Shown: piece after piece, positions 41,131-57,619 of the stretch
How positions within the stretch are numbered: position 1 is the first letter of the stretch
Layout of the letters: each line of letters begins with the position of its first letter
NCBI GenBank assembly: GCA_038496445.1
Contig: JALMLS010000397.1
Coordinates: 248,001 to 312,000 of the forward strand
Length of the DNA: 64,000 nucleotides
Reading direction: 5' to 3'
DNA from: Trichosphaerium sp. ATCC 40318
Lineage: Eukaryota; Protista; Tubulinea
Program-made: the position numbers and the translations under genes
The notes under the pieces: model-generated
What the model was told of the DNA's origin: nothing
What the model saw: the letters and a program-made list of their open reading frames with translations, nothing else
Databases searched by the model: none

Positions 41131-42274
41131 TTACTTTTTCCTGAACCCTCCAATTACAAACGCAGCAACGGTCATTGGAAACCCTTCTTCTATTATCCAG
41201 TCGCTTTTTTCAAATACGCAACCGGTAGTAGCTGGTCTTAGAACATTACCTTCCTTGACAAAACCATCGGAAGAAGAAAGAAGATAGAACGTAGTATCAG
41301 TTACGAATACCTTGCGATTAGAGATCTCATTTCGAATCTGACCCTTCTCAAGCTTAACCCCGCCATCCGTCTTGTATCTATCCTTGATAAAGGAACCTTC
41401 AAGCGAGTACTGAGGAGTATCTCTCGCTTCCAGGATGCCGCAAAAGAAATTCTTTCCTCCTTTGTTGAAGTAGACGAATCCGTCAGTGTTACCGCCAGAA
41501 CGGCGATACAGCTTAACTCCTTTCAAAGCCTTCGATCTAGCAGAAGCATCCGCACGTTGTTTCTTAACCATGTCGGCAGGACTGATTGTCTTGTACTTCT
41601 CAAGCATACCAATGACGTTTTTTAATTCTTCGACGCCTGATTGGTCGTCGAAGTTAAGTGAGAAAGTGCCGACTGCTAGCGGTTCTTTCGCGTTCTCGGA
41701 GGTAAAAGTCATCTCAACAGGTACTACACCTGTTTTACCACATTCTAGGATACCTTTACAAAAAGCCAAGTTCTTTTGCGCATTCTCGTATTGATTTTGA
41801 AGAAAAATCATGTCTGAGATTATTTCTAGGACTACCTAACATGTGTGTAAGTAATGTAACATACTAGAAGAAAAAAAGAAGATGACATTTCGTGATAGTG
41901 AGTTCTTTTTTGACAAAGTAAGACTGCATTAAATTAACTTCAGTGAAAAGTTGTAAAAATTCTTAGCAATACCCGTTAAAGGTTAAAACGATTGTAAGCT
42001 AGTTTTGGGAACTTTTTCTGTATCTACTACGCACCACAGGTGATTCTGCGTCATTTCCAGCGTCAAATCTGTTGATTAACACCAAATCGTCGCCAACACG
42101 CGCTTCAAGTCGTATTTCTTTGTCAGTGGTGAGAGTATTGAGCGGTCCTTTCAAAAAGGCAATCGCGAATATTGGTCCACCGAGTGTAAACGTATGAATA
42201 CCGTCTGCCTCTCCAGGCTTGAAAGCGCTACTGTCTGGACCGAAAAACATTCTTCCTAACCATTCTTGTGCCAT
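41131..42274 (-). CDS. Two-exon hypothetical protein (~315 aa), beta-rich
   Basis: ORFs 41999-42274 and 41131-41811 join in frame through a GTGCGT...TTAG intron (SPV|VVLEIISDM). Confidence 0.7.
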
Positions 42275-43063
42275 TTTTGTAGTATAGTACTTTTTGTAGA
42301 GTATAGGTGGTGTTGTTCGTTGTAGATCACTGTAAAGTTATTGATTACCAGAGTTTAGTAACATCGGGCTAAGGTTAAGTCTGGAAAGGCAAAAATGGAA
42401 AGTTCATTTGTACCATTAAAATTTTTTTCATGATTTTTTTTCTGTGTTCATGCCGAGCAATTGTGTTTGCACAAACTATTGCGAATATAGTAAGTACTAT
42501 ATTTATACCGCTGTATTGTACCTCTGAACTCGATCAATCGAAAGATTTGCTTTCATCGTCCAACTAACATCAAAAAATCCATAAAATAGAAAAGATTTTG
42601 TTTATTTTGGTAGGCGGCTCTGTTAGGCGAAACCGGTGCGAAGAGTACTTTTAAGTTGTTAGGGTGACCGCAGTGATACGTTTGACGCGTATCAAGCTGT
42701 GGATTTACGTCAGTAGGCGTACCTTTTTAATTTCTTTTGGATTAACGTTATCAGTGTTAAACTCAGATCCCTTAATGGCAAACAGCAGGATTACCAAAAG
42801 CAATGTTCGCAATGTTCACACAAAAAAACTCCAACAAGTTTTAAGGTTATTCTGTTCTAGTTTCCTCAGTAACACGCTCCGTTACGCACATCGGTTTGTA
42901 TTTTCCATATTCTAAATCTACACGCGTTTGAATAAAATCCTGCCTCCTTCCAAATCGCTGTGATTGTGTTTGCTCGTGTAAGTTTTGTTCGTGTTTTTGC
43001 CAAGTCACATGACGCTATCAAAAAAGAACAAGCGCTAGTACGTGAATGAAAATCTTACAAATC

Positions 43064-45092
43064 ATGCGTATGGTATTAATGTACGTTCGATAAGCACTTG
43101 CTAAACTAACAAACAAACCTTCTTTAAGAATTGTAATATCGGCCTATTTTGCGCATTGCTTCGCTGCTGACGCGTCTATGACTCTACCACAGGAGACACA
43201 GGGCCAAACTATAAATTATAGTTTGCTTGGTAATGACAGCTTTTTGGGTTATCATGAGCACGTGACGCTTATCGTTTTTGTGTCGGGCCGTTTTTTTCTA
43301 ATAGTTATGGTAAGGTCGACCTTTTCTTATGACGAGAATATAATTAAGGGCCTCCTTGGCAATGAAAAGTCATTTAGAATAGATGAGATGTATATACAAC
43401 CAAGTGAAACGTTAGAGAGCTTCAATATTTCATATCTGGAGGTAGCATTTAACTCGTTTATTCTGTACCTACTCAACTTATTGTAAGATTTACGCTGGGT
43501 ACAGTATTCTTGGTGGTGGGCAACAACAACCGCCTATAGCTAGTAAGTGTTTTAATATGTAAATGTCAATGTGCACTAACCGACTAAGATGAGACTTTAT
43601 TGTTCAAAGGTCGATTTGAGGGGAAAGGCGCAGAAAGTGGCGAGTGGGTGCCTTTTGGTACGTCTATAATATCGTTTTATGAGGCGTAATTTTATTCAGG
43701 TTTATCGAACTCTTTTGAGTACAATGTCGATGTTGACAAAGAGCTAATATTTAAGCTTCGTCGTTGTGGTGGCACCACTGGATGGAATGCAGGTGTTCGT
43801 TCTTATACTACGCATTTTGGTGACGCGCATATGATAATGTGCTCAGGCGACACATGTGAAAATGATTGCGTTAAGAGTGGTTCATGTACCTGTGGCCTTC
43901 ACTTATTACAAGCCCCACTGATCAAACTTGAAACTTTGGCAGAAAGAAATCTCACGTGCGACTATTTCACATCAAGTTGTACGTGTTCAGTTGGTCTAAC
44001 AACAATAAGTACTTTGTCTTTTTTTAATTATTCTTGTCACAGCGTTTGACACCCCTATTAAGAACCCTTTGCAACCTTATTCCCAGATATGCGCTCTATG
44101 TCAATTAGCTAACTACACCTCATTCAATATTCCCAATTCTATACTTGGTCAATCTGTTCACTCTAGAGAAATTGAAATCCAATATGATTCAAACTCTTGT
44201 GCGTACTCTTGTAGTTTGGTTTTTTTGCTCAATCTAGTTAGTTGCTTTTTGCACGTCACTACCGCTTGTCGAACAAGACGAGATAACACTTGAAATTGAT
44301 GCATTTGTACGTAATCGAAAGTTCGCTTTAAACCAATCGTTTCCATACATTGCAAACGAAACAAATATCACCTTTTGTACGTATTCCCTTTTGGTCACTC
44401 TCGTTCTTACTTTGGTAGCTTGTGAGCACTACGAATGTATAAATGGAACTGTTGTGATACGGAGTAATGTTACAGTACATAATGTCTCGATACAAGCACC
44501 TATTTTATTAATAGAAAACTTTACTGTTCTATCAAGTAGGCGATAATTTGTCCGCTTCATATTCTTAACTCTCGTAGGTCTGTCACTCTCAGAAGGTATC
44601 TCCGTTGAAGTGAATGGATGCATAACAGTAAATGGAACTGTATCAATAGAACCAAACAGTCAACGTCTCCGAAACGAGACAAGTATTCATTTTGGATGCG
44701 AAAATGTACTGTTAAAGAATCTCTTTTTTTTTTCTCACTTTTTTTTCAACTAGGGACTCCTTGATGCTGTGAAAGCAAGTGCAGCAAGTTTAGGACAGAT
44801 TGACTGTGTGTCTGAAAGAGTAATAACTCATATGAAACAAGATCACGGAAACGCAGAGCTTCTTTTCGGCATGCCTAGGGAGATCTCATGTTTAGACGCG
44901 AAAACTGTTGTAATCACTTGGATTTTGCCTTCAGTTTGCGCAGTTATCATTGTCGTCGTTGTAACAACGGCGCTTATTTTGTGGCGTGCGAAAAAGAAAG
45001 TGTCGTCTATGCAGTTACGAGTGAACGCAGACAATAAACTCTGCGCGAAAATAAGTGCTGTTGAGCTGACACCAAGTCATCTTGGCTTGTAA
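43064..45092 (+). CDS. Cys-rich type I membrane protein
   Basis: Hydrophobic N-terminus, Cys clusters (CENDCVKSGSCTC), TM WILPSVCAVIIVVVVTTALILW followed by RAKKK. Confidence 0.68.
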
Positions 45093-45328
45093 TGCTGTAA
45101 TAATAACTTTTTCTGTAAAACCGCTGTTTTCATAGTATACTACTGACTGTCAGCAATTCTAGACTTACATATCTCCGCTACTACAGAAATTACCCGCTAA
45201 TTGTTGTGAATAGGCTGAGAATTAGTCGCAAAACAAATCTAGTACGTCTGTGGTCTTGAACTGACAGTTCATTCTCACCTGTTCACTCTTAAACAGCCAG
45301 ATATCACTAACAAACCACTTTTTACAAC

Positions 45329-47445
<2,117 letters not shown>

Positions 47446-47764
47446 ATGATTGAATAATTATTACACTTAAATGTTCAAATAAAACACTTGTGTTCCTTAT
47501 TTCTTTCACAAAGGGACTTTTCTATTGCGAAAGAATTTGTAACACTGCTAGTTGCAGTTGACCTGAAATAACCTATTTCAATTTAGCGTTAAGCTACTTT
47601 GCAAAAGGTAATTTGCAATTAGTAGCGAGCACGTGACTTTCTGCTACTACCATCACACAAAGTACTTCACAGGGATAAATCAATAAGCTAGCTTGTATAC
47701 TCTAGTGGGGTTACCTGCTCACAAAACTAGCTTTAGTACTAACATAAAATAGCGTTATTTCAGG

Positions 47765-47965
47765 TCAAAGGCCAACTACAATTAATTCAATCACAACAAC
47801 AAGAGCGTAGCAAAAAGTGCCATGTGTAACGCAAACAAGTCTTGCTGAAGTTGATGTTGCAATGTTGTTGATGTTGTTGATGCTGGTATTGGTATCGGTA
47901 TTGTTGGTGGTGGTGCAGTGGTTGGATTAAAAGGTACAAAAGCCGGAAGGTGCAGGGCTCTCAAC
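47765..47965 (-). pseudogene. Orphan terminal-exon relic homologous to the 3' end of the LRR-GPI gene at 15341-15510
   Basis: acaaacaagtctttctgaagccgatg (15395) vs gcaaacaagtcttgctgaagttgatg (47831); peptide SASERLVCVT vs STSARLVCVT; the stalk and tail lie in different frames. Confidence 0.7.
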
Positions 47966-48148
47966 GAAAAATTTTCAGTGGAGTACAACCATGTTTATAT
48001 GACACATACGGTGAAAACAAAGCCTTAGTTTGGCCCGCTTACATTATGTGAAAATATTTTAATGCACCCAAGCGCTAATTTTGGGAATCAAAACCGTACA
48101 AAATAGGAATTAAGAAGACTACCCAAATTCAAAATACACAAAAACAAA

Positions 48149-48838
48149 ATGAGCGTTGTAGCACTGCTGGCATGTTGTATATTATTAATGGTTGTTGCCA
48201 CAGATGCCCGTAAGTCTAAATTGCAAGCACAATTGTTTAATCGATGTAATAGAAAGCATGCGCTATGGACAGTTGATGGTTGATGTTAATACCACCTCGC
48301 TAGTTGCCTTTGGTGGTGGCAAGTTTGACGGTTCTCGCCGCGTATTTAATGATGTATGGCTTATACGCAAGGGTATGATACTAAACTTGCGTTAAAGACA
48401 TGCTGATGAGGCTAGCTACCCTAGAATGGGTCAAAATATTCGAAGGAGGAACAAACAGTGATGGTAACAACCCTGCTTTCCCACCTGGTACCAATTAGAT
48501 TTAATTATGTTGTTTTAACGCCTAACATCAATTCTTTAGGACGAGCGTTCCATACGGGTGAAATGAGAGACAGTGATACACTTATGATAACAGGAGGCAC
48601 AAATATAGTGAGGAGCAAGGGCTGGGGTAGTTGCACGTTTTCAGATGTTTGGAGTTTTAGTATAGGTAATTGCAACCTAACTTCTTTACTACGTTAACAC
48701 CTTATAGTCAACCGTAATTGGTCTATTAATACACAAAATGGCAACTCTAAACACCACTGCTCGCCAGCAAGCATACTAGTAGCACCTAGCTTTTTATTAT
48801 TGTTACTTATGTCTTGTTGGGCGTTATGGCTCTCCTAG
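48149..48838 (+). CDS. Small secreted protein with two Kelch repeats and a GPI-like tail
   Basis: Signal MSVVALLACCILLMVVATDA; RYGQ..LVAFGG..VFNDVW..LEW; PPG|RAFHT..LMITGG..FSDVWSF..NW; tail SILVAPSFLLLLLMSCWALWLS*. Confidence 0.72.
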
Positions 48839-49268
48839 ACTCACACCAAGAACTGCTTGTCTCCAAAATGAATCTCAATAAATACTCTTCATTGATTTAC
48901 AAGTTAGCATTTTCAATTTCTACAAATGGAAACCTTCTGTGGTAACTCATTTGGTTACCGATGCTCCTGATGACATTACAGCTTTTTTTTGCAGTCCTAA
49001 TCATTGTTTAATGGTTGTTAGAAACGATAATGTCAGCCTTAACGTACTTATAAACTGTAAACATAAGCTGTTTATTCCTGGTCAGATGAACTACCACGTT
49101 TGACTTTACTTAAAACTAGCTTACAAATCACGTGGTATTTTGTGCTGAGCTCACGTCAATAAAACGGGAGATATAGCAGCATTCGGGCACTATTACTCTA
49201 GTAACCTTGTGTAGCTTGGAACCTTGCATAGATCACTTTGAACTACAGAATTTGTATTTACGGTAAAA

Positions 49269-50756
49269 ATGAACCAAGACACTCCATATTTTGATGCTGT
49301 TCCTGTTGAGATAATCGTACTTATACTGATGTACGTTGACAAAACAATACACTCAGTAGTACGAACATCGAAGCTTTTAGCCCAAATAGTTAAACTTTAC
49401 AACATTGGCTATCAACACAGAAGAGTAATAAGAATATATTCGAAGAAAACACTCAAGAAAGCGTTTAAAACAGTACCTCAACTATTTACAACATGTGAGA
49501 TTTCTATAGAATATAATATAAAGCAAAAAGAAATGAAGAAATACCTTCACAAAGTAAAGTATTTATCATTTTTTGGATATTTCTGTCAAACGACATATTG
49601 TACTTTGGATTTTTCTGTCTTAAAGAACATTCATAGTTTTGATAATAGGTATTGTTCCATTGTCCTTCAAGCTCATAATATTGATCAATTATCTGGGGTA
49701 CATACCATAAGACTACGTTGTGGTACAGTATCACGAAGATGTATGAAATTATTAGCAGGCGCTCACACCGTTGACTTACTTGGAAACTTGAGCGTCAGCA
49801 GTAAAGAGGTCAAGGAACTAAAAGGGGTTCACAAGATCAACCTTGCTGAAACAAATGTTACTGATGAAGGAATAAAGGCGTTGGCTGGAGTTCATACAAT
49901 TGATATTTCTTCAACAACGGTTACTGATGAAGGAGTGAAGGCATTGGCTGGTGTTCATTCAATTATCCTGTCGCGTACAAAAGTTACTGATGAAGGAGTG
50001 AAAGCGTTGGCTGGAGTTCATTCAATTATTCTGTCGCGCACAAAAGTTACTGATGAAGGAGTAAAAGCATTAGCTGGAGTTCACACTATAGTATTACAAG
50101 AGTGTTTTGAAGTTACAAATGTGGGTATTGCATCTTTGGCTGGAGTACATACAATCGATCTTACGTATACCAAGGTGAACGACACAGGATTAAAAGCATT
50201 GGCTGGAGTTCACACAATTTGTTTATCTCATACGCAGGTTTCAGATGAGGGTGTAAAAGCGTTAGTTGGAGTGAAGTGTATAAGTTTAGAGGCATGTGAA
50301 AAAATAACAAACGACAGTGTAAAAATGTTGAAAGGAGTACACACCATTAACCTCACTAGAACAAACGTTGGTGATAAAGGAGTGAAAGCATTGGCAGGTG
50401 TTCATACAATTAACTTGACTAGAACTAGAATAACGGATGCCTCACTGAAAGCTTTAGCTGGTGTTTATAATATCACACTGAACCATTGCTACGCTATCAC
50501 AAATGCTGGTATTAAAGCACTTGCAGGAGTACACACAATTCATCTAGTTACAACTGCTGTAACAGATAAAGCACTGAAATCTCTGGGTGGTGTGCACACT
50601 ATAAACCTTACCTGTACATCTGTCACTGATAAAGGTATTAAGCAGTTAGGACGTGTCAATACTATTTATCTCAACCAAACTTGTGTTACACCTAAAGGTA
50701 TCAAATCAATGGCAAGTTCATTTAAGCATTTAGTGTACACGCCAGACAGGCGCTAA
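49269..50756 (+). CDS. Intronless F-box/LRR protein, paralog of 37375-38601
   Basis: F-box FDAVPVEIIVLILMY...VRTSKLL; ~16 LAGVHTIxLxxTxVTDxGVKA repeats; single 495-aa ORF. Confidence 0.9.
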   Translation: MNQDTPYFDAVPVEIIVLILMYVDKTIHSVVRTSKLLAQIVKLYNIGYQHRRVIRIYSKKTLKKAFKTVPQLFTTCEISIEYNIKQKEMKKYLHKVKYLSFFGYFCQTTYCTLDFSVLKNIHSFDNRYCSIVLQAHNIDQLSGVHTIRLRCGTVSRRCMKLLAGAHTVDLLGNLSVSSKEVKELKGVHKINLAETNVTDEGIKALAGVHTIDISSTTVTDEGVKALAGVHSIILSRTKVTDEGVKALAGVHSIILSRTKVTDEGVKALAGVHTIVLQECFEVTNVGIASLAGVHTIDLTYTKVNDTGLKALAGVHTICLSHTQVSDEGVKALVGVKCISLEACEKITNDSVKMLKGVHTINLTRTNVGDKGVKALAGVHTINLTRTRITDASLKALAGVYNITLNHCYAITNAGIKALAGVHTIHLVTTAVTDKALKSLGGVHTINLTCTSVTDKGIKQLGRVNTIYLNQTCVTPKGIKSMASSFKHLVYTPDRR

Positions 50757-50856
50757 ATAAAATAGTACAAACCTTTTCAAGACTGATCTGTAGCAGCATT
50801 AACTTCAAAAGAAGAAAATTATGTCACTTGTTCCTTTAAAACAAAAAGCAAGAATT

Positions 50857-51729
50857 TTATTTTTTGTCTATTTCTACACCTGCTACATAAGTCCGCTTAT
50901 CCATTAATACACCTTGATCCGTCCACCAAAAACATTCTCCTTTCAATTGGTCTTTGACATAATTTGATAGCTGCGTTAATATACCTTCACTGTTCCAAAC
51001 TTTACACTCTCCTTCTCGTTTACCATTTGAATAATGACCTTCTACTGTTTTGTTACCTTTAACATCCCACTGAGTGAACTTTCCTTCTTGCTCATTGCTT
51101 ACATAATAAAACACTTCTTTCAATTCCCCCGTACGGTGCCACTCCTCATACTTTCCTTCAGCCTTACCATTAACATGACTAAGTTGGCACTTAAGTTGAC
51201 CATTGTTGTACCAATACCTACAAACTCCGTGTTGTACTCCATTGACATAGTACCGTTGTTGCTTTATTTTACGATTGGTATGATACCATATGCTCTCTCC
51301 ATGTTTCTTATCATTGACATAATGAAGAAGCTCATAACACAACTTTCCAGTACGGACATATTTTTTGTTTTTTCCTTCCAACTTATTTCTGTAATAGTTA
51401 CGCTCTTCAAGTACTACATAGTATTTCCCGAACCAATTTGAACTTTCTAGTATTTTTAGCCATTTCCCTTGTTTGTTTAGATCAACATCAAATCTAGAAC
51501 TACCAATAGCGGCCTCTTTTGATAGTAGAGGCCATTTTATATATATTTCTGGGTCTAGGTCGGTTATATCAAGTTGGAGCTCTCCAGGAAGGCTAAATAG
51601 ATGGCAGACGCCTGTTTCTGAAGTATTGTTCTACAAAGTTCTATTATTAACAGTGTGCTACACTTAACGCGTCGTTGATACCTTGGTCGCCTTCTTTATA
51701 TGTAACGCATGTAAAAGTTTGCCCAACAT
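50857..51729 (-). CDS. F-box-like + MORN-variant (MORN_2/YwqK-like) repeat protein, two exons
   Basis: The frame stays open upstream of the called ORF to an acceptor at 51631; the 51-nt intron 51631-51681 joins MLGKLLHALHIKKATK|NNTSETGVCHLFSLPGELQLDITDLDPEIYIKWPLLSKE; repeats YVNGVQHGVCRYWYNNGQL. Confidence 0.75.
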
Positions 51730-52755
51730 GTCTATTATTGGGTATAGAACTGGGCCAAGGTACTTGTTTGCGCGTAGTAATAAATTGCTGTGAGTTTTCG
51801 CCTACCTTAACACGTCAATGATATTAAGGTTGTCCAAACTACAAAATAAATAACTTGTGCACGGTATTTGAAATAAAATTGTTTCCGCTCATCTATAGTA
51901 TCTTGGGCGTAAACGGCAGTGTTAACGAACGGGTTACAAATTATTTATTTATTCTTAAAAGTTATTGCACATTCTTACATTGTTTAACAACCGCGGTGGT
52001 GTGATCGTACTTTCAAATTATCTCCAGGAACACGCTCAATTGCAAACATGATATGCTCTTTATCATACTGATATAAGACGTAGCAAGCCTTCTCATTAGA
52101 ATTCAGTGTCAACTGCTTCTTTGTCTACCCTTTTCTTATAGAGCCTTGTGTAGAGGTGGTCGCGTTCCAGTCCCGGCTAAGGATTCAGCAACAAAATCTA
52201 TACTCGGCTTAACCGTTTAACAATGTGATTTTGTTGGTGTTGTACCAGGGAACCACATACTTTTTTGAATTTCTACATGCTCTCAACGGCTTTGAAATTC
52301 GTTTGTGTTCGATGCATGGTCCAAAGCCTAGTCTCAAGCAAAAAAATGTGTTTGAGTATTCCCTTATTTTTCTTAGCCGTTTAGCGACCACTCTAGGATA
52401 AATTCACCATATTTAGTTTGATTTATTGAACTTTCGTGATTGTTGTTATGCTACGGCAAATATCCCTGGCTATGTTTTCTACCATTTGGGGTAGTACTAT
52501 TTGAACGAAAAGGTGAATGCCAATGTTTCCTTTAAGTCGCTTTAAGTGATACGTCTTGCACCCTCCAGATGGTTAAGCAAAGAGACGATTCATGTGAGAT
52601 AAATAGCACCTCCAGCTACACAACAAAATTAGCTCCAACAACCATGTAGGCATCATTTTCTTAGAGCGCATATTAACAGAAAATTATACTTGTTTTACGA
52701 TTGATTGTCCACCGTTGACTTGTGTTTCGTTTTAGGAGTTACAAACTGTTAAAAA

Positions 52756-53469
52756 ATGGCTGCAGTAAAGCACAGTGATAAATTTATAATTTCTCTTGCT
52801 GGTTCATTTAATCCAATACATATTGGACATGTAGAGGCACTATGTAAAGCTAAGAAGGCAATTGAAGACGTTTTTGGTATTGGGAGCGTAATTCAAGGCT
52901 ATTTAGCCGCAGCACCTGATAATTATGTATCTGGTAAACTAGAAGATGAGGCTATGCATTCAAAACATAGATTAGCGCTTATAGATATAATGACGCAAAG
53001 ATTCGAATGGATTAAACCATGTGCGAAAACATATTTTAATGCAAAATCTTGCCTTGAATCAAATCGAAAGAACATACATGGACATCATGGGAACAACCTT
53101 AAAATGGTTGTAGTTACCGGAGGCGATAGGTCTAATCTATCTAAAGCGAAGAAACAACGTGATATGTATCACGTGATGATTGCAAGGAAGGGAGATACAC
53201 AAAGAATACAGGAAGAATTTAGTCAGTTTGAGTCATCTCTTGGTGGACGTACAATGAGTAAGAAAGAGAAGAATAGAATTATATTTGTACAAGAAGAAGT
53301 ATCAGATGTTTCATCAACAAAGATAAGAAAGATATTAGCAACTGTGCTTTTGATTCAAAATGAAGAAAAAAAGAAGAAAAAGTTGGGTGATTTGATTGCC
53401 AAAGGATGGCTCACTAGTGAGGCTGTAGATTATATCATACATAACGAGAAAAGTTTGTACATGAAATAA
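52756..53469 (+). CDS. Intronless HIGH-motif nucleotidyltransferase (NMNAT/NadD-like cytidylyltransferase family)
   Basis: GSFNPIHIGH, HRLAL, VTGGD, DVSSTKIR. Confidence 0.85.
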   Translation: MAAVKHSDKFIISLAGSFNPIHIGHVEALCKAKKAIEDVFGIGSVIQGYLAAAPDNYVSGKLEDEAMHSKHRLALIDIMTQRFEWIKPCAKTYFNAKSCLESNRKNIHGHHGNNLKMVVVTGGDRSNLSKAKKQRDMYHVMIARKGDTQRIQEEFSQFESSLGGRTMSKKEKNRIIFVQEEVSDVSSTKIRKILATVLLIQNEEKKKKKLGDLIAKGWLTSEAVDYIIHNEKSLYMK

Positions 53470-53800
53470 ATGTTGTTGAAATTCTAGAGCACAAGAGCTT
53501 TAGCAAGTTTACCATCTGTTCCAAAACGCAAACACTTACAATTTATCATTACAATAAAGAAGAAAATTCAACAGATTAGAGTCGAAGAAATTATGGTAAC
53601 GTAATACTGACAATAAGCCTCGGTTTTGTGCTTGGTATTTCAAGAATAAACAAGCGAATATTATTTTTTTTACTTTTGTTTTGTACACACCATTTACAAT
53701 ATCTTAATAGTAACGCCACTTGGAACAAAATACATACGTTCAAAAAAGAGCGTAACAAGTGCAAATACTTTCTCACAAAGAAAAAAGTAGCATTACTGAA

Positions 53801-57423
<3,623 letters not shown>

Positions 57424-57619
57424 GATGTTAACTTTGTTGAGGGTTTTGTTTTGGCACTTCAGGCTTTTGCTGAAGCTGTTTTTTCGTGAATTTTTTTGAA
57501 GGCAAAGTTGCCGCAATTTCTAAAAGTCAATTTTTATCTTTGGACGTTACAAACTAGCTGATTCTCAAACAGCTTGAATGTATTGGAGCCACAAGTGCTG
57601 TGCCTGAATAACGATTTAA

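Noticed and set aside
51950-52460. Coding-like fragments on the minus strand
   Set aside because: Interrupted by stops, with no convincing splice model or homology.
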